Source: an uncultured bacterium
Lineage (GTDB): Bacteria; Arandabacterota; Arandabacteria; JAGLYR01
Direction: 5' to 3'
Length of the DNA: 64,000 nt
Assembly (NCBI GenBank): GCA_964610505.1
Contig: CAZSXU010000008.1
Span: forward strand, 52,604 to 116,603
The notes under the pieces are model-generated. The model made no database searches. It was given only the letters and a program-made list of their open reading frames with translations, and was not told where the DNA came from. Shown in pieces: positions 39,601 through 47,506 of this stretch; positions within the stretch are counted from its first letter, which is position 1, and the number at the start of each line of letters is the position of its first letter. A program made the translations under genes and the position numbers.

Positions 39601-40770
39601 CTCATCTGGGGCGGCTTCGGCGGCGGCGCCTATTGTGGGGGCGGATCTCCCGCCTGGTCCTGGTGTACATTCACAGATAACCTGGCGGTGCGCTCGATGA
39701 CTGCGGGTGGATACGGCGGAGCCGTATACTGCCTGAGCTCATCGCCGACGTTCACAAACTGCACGTTCTTCGGAAACGAGGATGACGGGCATGCCGGCGG
39801 TCTTCGCCTGAAAGACTCCTCGCCGACGCTCGTGAATACGATCATCGCCTCCAGCGTGTCGGGGGCCGCCGTGGATTGCGCGGGGACCTCGAATCCGGTA
39901 CTCGTCTGCTGTAACATCCACGGCAACGCGGGCGGTGACTGGGTCGGGTGCATTGCCGGACAGGACTCCACCGACCACAACTTCTCAGCAGATCCCATGT
40001 TCTGCGAGGCGGACAGCGCCGACTTCACGCTTCAGGGTATTTCCCCCTGTGCATCTGACAACAACCCCTCGTGCGGACTCGTCGGAGCACAGTCCGTCGG
40101 GTGCGCGGCCGATTTCACGACGATCCAGGTGGTGGGTGATTTCAATGGGTGGGATGAAGGCACGCCCGGTATGACGGAAGAGGAGCCGCGGGTGTGGGTG
40201 GACACCCTTGCGGTCGATGCGGGATGTCACTACATGAAGTTCCGGACGGACAACGCATGGGCGTATCCGCCGGACTACGGGACATGCACAGGGCAGGATA
40301 CGACGTGCAGCGTGGGTCTTGCCGGCCAGGTGTGTCTGGTGGACCAGCCAGAGACGGCTCTCGGTCAGATCGATTTCCCCTCAACCGGCAACTACGAATT
40401 CCGGCTGGATGAAGCGGATTCGACATATACGATCACACTCGTGGCAATGACAGGTGTAGTCGAGCCCGGCCAGCGAACGCCCGTTGTCTTTTTCCTCGGG
40501 CCGGCGGTGCCGAATCCGTTCAATCCCGTGACCGAGATCAGCTACGGCATCCCGGTGAGTGACGGCGCGTCCCGCGTCCGGATGAATGTCTACGACGTCC
40601 TCGGCCGGAATGTCCGGACGCTCGTGGATGCGGACCAGGCGCCGGGAATCTACCAGGTTACCTGGGATGGACGCGATCACAACGGGGTGGCGGTCGCCAG
40701 CGGCGTGTACTTCTATCGGGTTACATGGATGGAGAAGAGCGAGACGAAGCGGATGGTGCTGCTGAAGTAG
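36652..40770 (+). CDS. Secreted protein: 4 beta-helix modules, SusE/CBM-like module, CTD
   Basis: GGAGAG SD; signal peptide; four TI(Q/A/R)A(G/A)(I/L/V)D modules; VVGDFNGW...MKFRTDNAW...DYG module; PNPFNP CTD. Confidence 0.85.
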   Translation: MTKHIVIASLFVVIVLLPSTGQAAVWEVPLECPTIQAGIDSAASGDTVRVANGIYTGDGNRDISYLGKGVTVQSASGDPTLCVINCGGYPHRGFRFVSSEGPGSVLDGFTITNADNLTGAAIRCSWASPVISNCILTGNQGNEGSAVSGLSSSFTLSGCIVTNNSCVMGPIYMDSGAPTLEHCVIAGNSATMGILFCHDSDPTITGCTLADNSATVGGAIYANGWADVTAENTIVAFSGDWPIFDCWDEGRITLSCCNVYGNDGGDYVSCVATQGSVRDNFSSDPLFCDAEGGDYRLHCASPCLNAPGCGLVGALGLGDCVRAWSVPAEVATIQAAIDLACDGDTILVADGTYTGTGNRDLDFGGKAIVVRSETGDPSTCIIDCDGSELDEHRGFLFNSGEDSTSVVMGFTIRNAYMDTYTGAAFECSNGSSPTITYCVMAENTSLRGPALNCSDSSPIVSHCTIVDNHPTFSTLYVFGSAHVRMSHCIVVYSDGMQAFRCGGEATASLTCCDVHQNGTGLSPDWGYCLEGQGDINGNMSAPPRFCDREAGDYHLNASSPCATAPCGIMGALGVGCAPRIWHVPADAPTIAAGLDSAAAGDTVEVACGTYYEHDLDFDLPICLRSETGDPECVLIDAGGLGEVMSCGYYYYADSLSSIRGITFTGGRCGAGPGLYCWSADPRIHNCVFTGNHAITDYQSGSGGAMFVSMCSPVLTDCVFHKNVAGDTTGWGGAVWVSGWAAHPLFERCTFSQNSVRGQGDGGALSVSGDAHADLFNCIIAFSKIGEAVACDSVGDVTLACCDVFGNAGGDWVGNIAGQAGTNGNFEADPIFCDTLAGDFALRNDSPCAAGHNPTCGRIGARAVGCLRPPGVLHVPSEFPTIRAAVDSSITGDSVVVACGTYYEHDIEMKSGVTVVSETGEPDCVTIDAQGLGRIIYCNDVDSTAHIVGFTITGGSESAGGGVYCSQSYVNITRCLLTANTASDLIWGGFGGGAYCGGGSPAWSWCTFTDNLAVRSMTAGGYGGAVYCLSSSPTFTNCTFFGNEDDGHAGGLRLKDSSPTLVNTIIASSVSGAAVDCAGTSNPVLVCCNIHGNAGGDWVGCIAGQDSTDHNFSADPMFCEADSADFTLQGISPCASDNNPSCGLVGAQSVGCAADFTTIQVVGDFNGWDEGTPGMTEEEPRVWVDTLAVDAGCHYMKFRTDNAWAYPPDYGTCTGQDTTCSVGLAGQVCLVDQPETALGQIDFPSTGNYEFRLDEADSTYTITLVAMTGVVEPGQRTPVVFFLGPAVPNPFNPVTEISYGIPVSDGASRVRMNVYDVLGRNVRTLVDADQAPGIYQVTWDGRDHNGVAVASGVYFYRVTWMEKSETKRMVLLK

Positions 40771-40939
40771 TCCGGCTGCGTTTTCCGCGCGGGCGTTATG
40801 CCGCAAGAAGAGTTCGGCGGTGCCCGGCCGAGAGCGCGATTGGGGATGACCATCGGCGAAGAGATTCGTCTCCTGTAGGTTCAGATTTGTCCGCCTTGTC
40901 GCCCGGGTGCCCGAGCGCTGTGTCGTCCCCTGTGCGCGG

Positions 40940-41428
40940 TCAGACTCCAAACCCGAGGTCGCTCGCCAGTCTCGTCACCTTCTCCACCACCGCAGGCACG
41001 GCCCTCTCCACCGCCGGGGTCATCTCCTCCCGGATGTTCACCGTATCAACCACTTCGACGGCAATGATGTGGATGTTCTCGGGGATCTTGAAATTCATGC
41101 GGCGGCCGAGTTCGAGGGCCTGGAAGAAGGAGACGTCGTGGACGGCCGCCCCACGGGGACTGCCGGCGTACTCCTCCGGGGAGAATTCGACGATCGTGCC
41201 CGGCTCGTGCTTCCCCGTCTTGATGGCATCGATGATGATCAGGACGTCATAGCCCGCCACGAGGTCGATAAAGGAAAGTCCCCCGGTCTGGGTGGCCACA
41301 AGCGTGACCTCGGGACGATTGATCCGCTTCTCGAGCTCATCCAGAACGACGAACCCCAGCGCGTCATCCGATACGATCGGATTGCCCAGCCCTAGAATCA
41401 GGAGTCTTCGTTTCTCGTTGCTCATCAT
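40940..41428 (-). CDS. [NiFe]-hydrogenase maturation endopeptidase (HycI/HybD family)
   Basis: ILGLGNPIVSDDALG, LIIIDAI and HDVS motifs; start (M)MSNEKRR at 41428/41425. Confidence 0.88.
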   Translation of the reverse strand: MMSNEKRRLLILGLGNPIVSDDALGFVVLDELEKRINRPEVTLVATQTGGLSFIDLVAGYDVLIIIDAIKTGKHEPGTIVEFSPEEYAGSPRGAAVHDVSFFQALELGRRMNFKIPENIHIIAVEVVDTVNIREEMTPAVERAVPAVVEKVTRLASDLGFGV

Positions 41429-41478
41429 CAAACCCCGGAAGTGTGACCACAGACTACGCAGGTTTTCGCCGATTGGGT

Positions 41479-41515
41479 AGAGAAAAGCGCTGACAGGTTT
41501 CCAGCTGCCAGCGCT
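41479..41515 (-). terminator. Rho-independent terminator-like hairpin between mvhA and the maturation protease gene
   Basis: Minus strand AGCGCTGGCAG-(CTGGAAAC)-CTGTCAGCGCT, an 11-bp stem followed by TTTCTCT. Confidence 0.55.
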
Positions 41516-41567
41516 CGTCTTGGTCTTATCGCCCTTCCGACCATTCGCCCATTCGGGAATATGGGCA

Positions 41568-43031
41568 CTAGTCTCTCCGCCACTCCCCCACCACACTCCG
41601 CTCGTGATCGTACATCTTCACGATGAGCGGCATCTCGCCCGGGAGAGCGTTGGTCGAACAGGCGAAGCACGGGTCGTAGGCCCGGAAAGCCATTTCAACC
41701 ATGTTCAAAATGCCGTCGTTGACGTTCCCGGCCTTGATCAGCTTCTGGGCGGCGCTCCGGATGTCCATGCACATGCATCCGTTGTTGAAGACCGTCGCCA
41801 CGATCAGGTTCACATCCGTCACGATCCCGTTCTTGTCCGTCTTGTAGTGATGGATCAGGGTCCCTCTCGGAGCCTCGATGATCCCTACGCCTTCCTCGGG
41901 TGTTTCGTGTGGAATGTCTCGCACGTGGGTGCTCGTGATCTCCGGGTCCCGGATGAGCCGCTGCATCGTCTCGGCCGCCTGCATGAGTTCGATGATCCGC
42001 GCCCAGTGCATGGCCAGCGTATGCCGGACCGGTTTCCCGCCCAGGGTTTTGTACATCTTCTCGTACTCTTCCTGGGCCTTCGGCGTCGCCATCCCACTGG
42101 CCACGTTCAGGCGGGCCAGTGGCGCAGCCCGCATCAGACCACTCTCCGGGCCGTCGACCAGGCCCTTCCATCCGATCTTCTTCAGGAACGGGAACTTGAG
42201 ATACGTCCACGGCTCCACGTGCTCGCCGATGTGCTCGAGATACTCGTTCTCTTTGAACCGGAGGAACTCGTTTCCGTCCGGATCCGTGACTTTGACCGTC
42301 CCATCGTAGAAGTTCGGATGATCGTTCTCATCCACCAGGCCGATGTCATACGTCCGGAGCGCATAAACATCGCTCAGGATCAGATCGACGTAGCTCTGGT
42401 TCTTCAGCACGATGTCTTCGAACGCCTTGAAGGTGAACGAGCAGAAGTCCACGATGGAATCCGTCCACGGCTCGATCGTCTCCCGCTCTTCTTCCTTGAG
42501 CGGCCGGCTCATCCCTCCGGGCAGTGCACAAACGGGGTGCGTGGCCTTCCCGCCCAACGTCTCCTGAATCTTCTGCGCGTAGGCCCGGTGCTTGATGACT
42601 TCGGCCCCGATCTCCAGGCCGACTGTCTCGATCACGCCGAGAATGTTCCGCTTCGCCGGATCGGCGTCGGGACCCACGATGAAGTCGGGGGCGCCCAGAG
42701 CGTAGAAATGCGCGATGTGCGAATGCGTCATCTGAGCGTTGTAGAACAGCTCCCTCAGCTTTCTCGCCGCCGACGGGATCTTCGCCTTGAATACTGCATC
42801 TACGGCCTTACCCGAGGCCATGTGGTGTGCCTCGGGTCAGACACCGCAGAGTCGGGTGGTGATCCTGGGCAGCTCCTCCACGGGGCGTCCGATGCAGAAC
42901 TGCTCAAATCCCCGGAGCTCGGGAATCTGGAAATACGCATTCGTGGCGTTGCCTTCCTCATCGAGGAAGATCTCAATCTTCCCATGGCCCTCGAGCCGGG
43001 TAATGGGATCGATCGTGATTCGCTTGCTCAT
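41568..43031 (-). CDS. mvhA: Group 3c (Mvh-type) [NiFe]-hydrogenase large subunit, 487 aa, with an in-frame TGA (codon 65) read as probable selenocysteine
   Basis: Track ORFs 42837-43031 and 41568-42821 are in the same frame and join across TGA 42837-42839: RLEGH...RLCGV-TGA-PEAHHMASGKAVD...EAPRGTLIHHY...RAYDPCFACSTN. The start overlaps the mvhG stop (ATGA). Confidence 0.88.
42802..42821 (-). promoter_or_regulatory. Candidate bacterial SECIS element of mvhA
   Basis: AUGGCCU-(CGGGUA)-AGGCCGU: 7-bp stem, apical loop 22 nt after the UGA, G at loop position 2. Confidence 0.55.
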
Positions 43032-44029
43032 GATACCTTCGCTCCTTCAGCTTTGGCTTCTTCCTCGCTTCCCTGCTTATACTTCGGACTCAGAAGACCG
43101 TCGGAGGCTCCGAACCGATAGAAAGTGCCGGCGGGGTCCGCCAGCTCGGCCAAGAGATCCCTGGCCTGATCTTCATCGTCGAATTCCACGATACTCGCCA
43201 GAGCGGAGAGCATCTTCGCTCCCTGATCCTTCACGCCTTCGGCCGGTCCGAAGCAACCCCGGCAGGGCATGTTGGCGTTGATGCAGGCGTTACCGCACCC
43301 GCTCCGCGTGGCGGGCCCCATGCACACCAGGCCCTGTTCCAGGAAACAGGTCTTGCCGTCGGGAATCACTTCGAAGCGCCGCTTGAACGTGGAGATCTTC
43401 GGATGGTCCGATTTCTCCAGCGGGCACTCATCACAGAGGGTCTTCTTCCCCGCAATCGTGCTCCCCGGAGGAGGCAGGTTCCCGGAGACGATGGCCTCCA
43501 CCGCCGTCATGAGAAGATCCGAGGGCGGCGGGCAGCCGGGAATGATGTACTCCACCGGCACGATGTCCGACAACTTGTAGACGTGATCGTAGAACCGGGG
43601 CAGCGTCAGATTTCCTTCCTCGACCTCGGTCGAGGTCTGGGGCCGCACGCCTTCGGGATTCACCGTCGAGTCGGTGGTCTCGTAGGCCTTCTTGAGAATT
43701 GCTTCTCGGGTCGTGAAATTGGCCAGACTCGGGATGCCCCCGAAAGCCGAGCAAGAGCCGTAGGCTACCATGACCTTGGTTTTCCTGCGGAGAAGCCGGG
43801 CCATGTGTTCGTTCTCGGAATTCCGAATCGCCCCGTTGAAGAGCGTTACATCCAGGAACCCGTCGTCCATCGCTTCGACATCCTTGACCTTGAAGTCCGT
43901 TGCGCAGGGCCAGAAATGTATGTCCGCGGCCTCGACGATCTCCAGAACCCTCTCGTGCGTATCAAGAATTGAGACGTCGCACCCGCCACATGTCGCGGCC
44001 CAGTAGACTCCGAGTTTGAGCTTTGCCAA
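43028..44029 (-). CDS. mvhG: Mvh hydrogenase small (gamma) subunit
   Basis: WAATCGGCD, AYGSCSAFGGIP, IPGCPP, LCDECP, CFLEQGLVCMGPATRSGC and PCRGCFGP motifs. Confidence 0.92.
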   Translation of the reverse strand: MAKLKLGVYWAATCGGCDVSILDTHERVLEIVEAADIHFWPCATDFKVKDVEAMDDGFLDVTLFNGAIRNSENEHMARLLRRKTKVMVAYGSCSAFGGIPSLANFTTREAILKKAYETTDSTVNPEGVRPQTSTEVEEGNLTLPRFYDHVYKLSDIVPVEYIIPGCPPPSDLLMTAVEAIVSGNLPPPGSTIAGKKTLCDECPLEKSDHPKISTFKRRFEVIPDGKTCFLEQGLVCMGPATRSGCGNACINANMPCRGCFGPAEGVKDQGAKMLSALASIVEFDDEDQARDLLAELADPAGTFYRFGASDGLLSPKYKQGSEEEAKAEGAKVS

Positions 44030-44032
44030 GAC

Positions 44033-44449
44033 TTACACCTCCTCTGCGACAGCCTGACGGGCCGGTCCCAGTTCCTTGAGATCATCGGTGAACTCATTCA
44101 TGACGTTCACCAGCTTACGGCCTTCGGCTGCGGATATCCACTCGAGCCGAAGCCGCTTGGGATCGACACCGAACTCCGGAAGAATTCGCTTGAGCATCTC
44201 GATCCGCTTGTACGTCAGTTGATTCCCCGTTACGTAATGGCAATCCCCCGGATGGCACCCTCCGATGAGCACCCCATCCGCTCCCTTGCTGAACGCGTCC
44301 AGAATATGCTGCGGATCCACACGGCTGGAGCACATGGCTTTGATCACCACGCCGTTAGGGACGTATTTCATGCGGCTCGTCCCCGCGAGGTCGGCGCCGG
44401 TGTACGTGCACCATTTGCAGTAGAAACAGATTATCTTCGGCTCATACAT
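44033..44449 (-). CDS. mvhD: MvhD [2Fe-2S] subunit
   Basis: FYCKWCTYTGADLAG, MCSSRVDP, GCHPGDCHY and RLRLEWISAAEG motifs; all sites are Cys codons. Confidence 0.95.
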   Translation of the reverse strand: MYEPKIICFYCKWCTYTGADLAGTSRMKYVPNGVVIKAMCSSRVDPQHILDAFSKGADGVLIGGCHPGDCHYVTGNQLTYKRIEMLKRILPEFGVDPKRLRLEWISAAEGRKLVNVMNEFTDDLKELGPARQAVAEEV

Positions 44450-46406
44450 GCGCTTCCTCCAACGCAGCAGTGATCATCTCGAAGTATTGGGTATCCGTGT
44501 AGTTTCGCTGCTGTGCGGCTCCGGCTGCACAAGCAGCGATACAGGCACCACAGCCTTCGCAGAGTACCTCGTTGACGGTCACGATCTTCTTCTCTTCGTC
44601 ATATGTGCGGGCCTCGTACGGACAGGCCGGCACACAGATCTTGCACGCGCAGCACTGTTCCTCATCGACCACGGCCACGATGGGCTCGAGCTCCAGGCAG
44701 TCGCCGCTGAAGAGACCCACGACCTTGGCGGCCGCGCCACTCGCCTGTGCCACGGCTTCGGGAATGTCCTTGGGCGCATGGGCGGCTCCGGCGAGATAGA
44801 ACCCGCTCGTGTTGCTCTCCACGGGTCTCAGCTTGGGATGTGCTTCGCTGAACCAGTCGTCCTCATCCACCTGGATCTTCAGCTTCTGCGCCAGGGCTTT
44901 CGTTCCGGGTTGCGCCTTGATGGCCGTGGCCAGGACCACGAGATCTGCGGCAACGGCCACCTTCTTGCCGATGGTCGTATCCTCGCCCCAGACCATAACC
45001 TTGTCGCCGTCCTGGAAGACGCGCGACACCTTGCCACGCATGTAAGTGATGTGCTCCTCCTCGATGGCCTGCTGCACGAATTCCTCGTACTTCTTGCCGG
45101 CCGAACGAACATCGATGTAGAAAACGTAGGTATTGCCGTCGTGGACCGCGTGTTTGTACAGCTTGGCGTGCTTCGCCGTGTACATGCAGCAGATCTTCGA
45201 GCAGTACGGATAGGCGTTCTCCGGATCCCGGGAGCCGGCACATTGAACAAACACGATGTCCTTGGGCTCCTGCCCGTCGGAGGGTCTTCGAATCTTGCCT
45301 TCCGTGGGCCCCGACGCCGACAGCATCCGCTCGAACTGGAGCCCATCGATCACGTCGGGAATGGTCCCCTGACCGTATTCCCCGAAATGTTCTTTCTCGA
45401 GAGTTTCATAGCCGGTGGCGATCACGATGGCGCCGATCTCCTCCTCGATGATCTCATCCTGCTGATCGAAATCGATGGCCCCCACCGGGCAATGCTTCTC
45501 GCACGCCTTGCATTTCTCCTTCTGGAAGTAGATGCACGCCTCACGATCGATCACCGGTTTGTTGGGAACCGCCTGGGGGAAGGGTACGTAGATCGCGGGC
45601 CGAGTGGCGAGCCCTCGTTCGAACTCGCTGGGCGTCTTCTTGCTCGGGCATTTCTCGATGCACATCCCGCAACCCGTGCATTTCTCCCGATCCACGTAGG
45701 CCGCCTTCTGGCGGATCTTGACGTTGAAGTTCCCGACATATCCAGAGACCTCGTCAACCTCCGCGTACGTGCGCAGTTGGATTCGGGGATGCTTGCTGAC
45801 TTCCACCATCTTGGGCGTCAGAATGCACTGAGAACAGTCCAGCGTGGGAAAGGTCTCGGACAGCTGTGCCATGTGCCCACCGATGGACGGGTCCCGCTCC
45901 ACCAGAATCACCTCGTAGCCGCTGTTGGCGATATCGAGTGCCGACTGGATCCCGGCGATTCCGCCGCCGATCACGAGCGCCCGCCGGGTTACATCCACTC
46001 GGATGGCGTCCAGGGCCTCGTCGCCCACCGACTTCTCCACCATGGTCCGGATGATTCGAAGCGCTTTCCGGGTCGCCAGTTCCTTGTCTTCGTGGACCCA
46101 GCTACACTGCTCGCGAATGTTGGCGATCTCCACCTTGTACCCGTTGAGACCTGCCCGCTCGGCCGCCTTACGGAAGGTCACTTCGTGCAGCGTGGGTGAG
46201 CACGCGGCTACGACGATCCCCGTCAGTTTCTTGTCCTCGATGGCATCTTGGATCCGGTTCTGTCCCGGGTCCGAGCACATGTACTTGTAGTTCTCGGTGT
46301 GGACCACGGCCGGGTGTTTGGAAATGGCTTCCGTAACCCCTTCCACATCCACCGTGTCGGCGATGTTCGATCCACACCAGCAAACAAAGACGCCAATTCG
46401 TTCCAT
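44442..46406 (-). CDS. hdrA: Heterodisulfide reductase subunit A (FAD, Fe-S)
   Basis: IGVFVCWCG, YMCS, ACSP, NIREQCSW, VIGGGIAG, FPTLDCSQC, FERM (Glu), CCMYTAK (Lys) and a ferredoxin insert; SD AAGGGAG before ATG 46406. Confidence 0.95.
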   Translation of the reverse strand: MERIGVFVCWCGSNIADTVDVEGVTEAISKHPAVVHTENYKYMCSDPGQNRIQDAIEDKKLTGIVVAACSPTLHEVTFRKAAERAGLNGYKVEIANIREQCSWVHEDKELATRKALRIIRTMVEKSVGDEALDAIRVDVTRRALVIGGGIAGIQSALDIANSGYEVILVERDPSIGGHMAQLSETFPTLDCSQCILTPKMVEVSKHPRIQLRTYAEVDEVSGYVGNFNVKIRQKAAYVDREKCTGCGMCIEKCPSKKTPSEFERGLATRPAIYVPFPQAVPNKPVIDREACIYFQKEKCKACEKHCPVGAIDFDQQDEIIEEEIGAIVIATGYETLEKEHFGEYGQGTIPDVIDGLQFERMLSASGPTEGKIRRPSDGQEPKDIVFVQCAGSRDPENAYPYCSKICCMYTAKHAKLYKHAVHDGNTYVFYIDVRSAGKKYEEFVQQAIEEEHITYMRGKVSRVFQDGDKVMVWGEDTTIGKKVAVAADLVVLATAIKAQPGTKALAQKLKIQVDEDDWFSEAHPKLRPVESNTSGFYLAGAAHAPKDIPEAVAQASGAAAKVVGLFSGDCLELEPIVAVVDEEQCCACKICVPACPYEARTYDEEKKIVTVNEVLCEGCGACIAACAAGAAQQRNYTDTQYFEMITAALEEAHV

Positions 46407-46538
46407 CTCAGACTCCCTTAGCTGCACAGTTGCTTCCGCTGTGGCATAGAACCGATTCCGGGAATAGACGACGAGCCCCTCCGGGCAAGGTTCTGCCCTG
46501 CCTTTCCTCTCTCGCCCATTCGCCCATCCACCCTTTCG

Positions 46539-47420
46539 CTATCCGATGAGTCCTTTCTCCCTCAGCATGGGCCGGGGATCCACATGATGATCGTCGAAAT
46601 GACAGACCTCCTCGCCCAGACCCAGCGCAAGGGCCATCAGTTGGGTGAAATAGAGAATCGGGATTTCGGGTATCGAGTTGCCTCGCGCCGAGAACCGTTT
46701 CTGGCTCTCATCGAGATTGAAGTGGCACAGGGGACAGCTGGTGACGATCCCATCCGCTCCCCGCCGGTGCGAGGACTCGCAAATCTTATACGCCAGGTCG
46801 TCGACAATCTCCGGCTCGCCCACCGTGTGGTAGGAGCCACAGCACTCCGTCGCGTACGGTTCATAGGGTGTGTCGGCCCCCAGACTTCTGAGAAGATCGT
46901 CCAGAACCGTCGGCGACTCCACGCTGTCGATCGCCACTTCCTTGGGTCTCGTCAACAGACAGCCGTAGTAGGAAACCAGCTTCACCCCATCCAGCGATGT
47001 ATCCACGTGACCTCGTATGCCCTCAAAACCGATGTCGTCCCGGAGAATCTCGAGCAGGTGAAGGACCTTCACCCTCCCCCGATAGTCCTCCTCACGATCC
47101 ATGAAGCTGTTGATCTTCTCCAGACGATCCGGATCGTTCTGCACAAGCTGGTTGCTCATCCTGAGCGTGTGAAAGCACATGGTGCAGAGGGTCACCAGCC
47201 GGGAGCTCCCCATCTCCTGCGTCCGAACCAGCACGCGAATGGGGCCCACGTGATGCATCAGGTTGTCGGAGGAGAGACCGGCCACCGTACCGCAGCAATT
47301 CCAGCGCGGCAGTTCCGCCAGATTCACGTCCAGCTTCTTCATGGCCGCACGGGCGGACTCGTCGAGATTCAGAGCCGTTGTGGTCAACGTGCAGCCTGGG
47401 TAGTAGGGAATGTCTCTCAT
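46539..47420 (-). CDS. hdrB: Heterodisulfide reductase subunit B (two CCG domains)
   Basis: YYPGC...NCCG...LCTMC and YYGC...ECCG...TSCPLC...ILYFTQL; true start MRDIPYYPGC at 47420. Confidence 0.9.
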   Translation of the reverse strand: MRDIPYYPGCTLTTTALNLDESARAAMKKLDVNLAELPRWNCCGTVAGLSSDNLMHHVGPIRVLVRTQEMGSSRLVTLCTMCFHTLRMSNQLVQNDPDRLEKINSFMDREEDYRGRVKVLHLLEILRDDIGFEGIRGHVDTSLDGVKLVSYYGCLLTRPKEVAIDSVESPTVLDDLLRSLGADTPYEPYATECCGSYHTVGEPEIVDDLAYKICESSHRRGADGIVTSCPLCHFNLDESQKRFSARGNSIPEIPILYFTQLMALALGLGEEVCHFDDHHVDPRPMLREKGLIG

Positions 47421-47423
47421 TGC

Positions 47424-47506
47424 GCACCCTGCTCTGTTTCTTCCGAGCAGCCTGCTCCAGTTCTTCGGAGCACCCTGCTCCGGTTCCTCGGAGCACCCTG
47501 CTCCGG
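47424..47506. repeat. 3.6 copies of a 23-bp tandem repeat; each unit can form a small hairpin
   Basis: GCACCCTGCTCTGTTTCTTCCGA / GCAGCCTGCTCCAGTTCTTCGGA / GCACCCTGCTCCGGTTCCTCGGA / GCACCCTGCTCCGG, between hdrC and hdrB. Confidence 0.9.

Noticed and set aside
41568-43031. Reading mvhA as two genes (64 aa + 417 aa) or as a pseudogene
   Set aside because: The parts are in frame, the stop falls exactly on a metal-ligand Cys, and the rest of the operon, including the maturase, is intact. The known VhuA/VhuU split is near the C-terminus, not here. A nonsense mutation or read error cannot be fully excluded without reads.
41520-46199. Plus-strand ORFs of 533 aa (41520-43121) and 583 aa (44448-46199)
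   Set aside because: Antisense shadows of mvhA and hdrA.
47424-47506. Possible mini-CRISPR array
   Set aside because: The units are contiguous with no unique spacers, and no cas genes are nearby.
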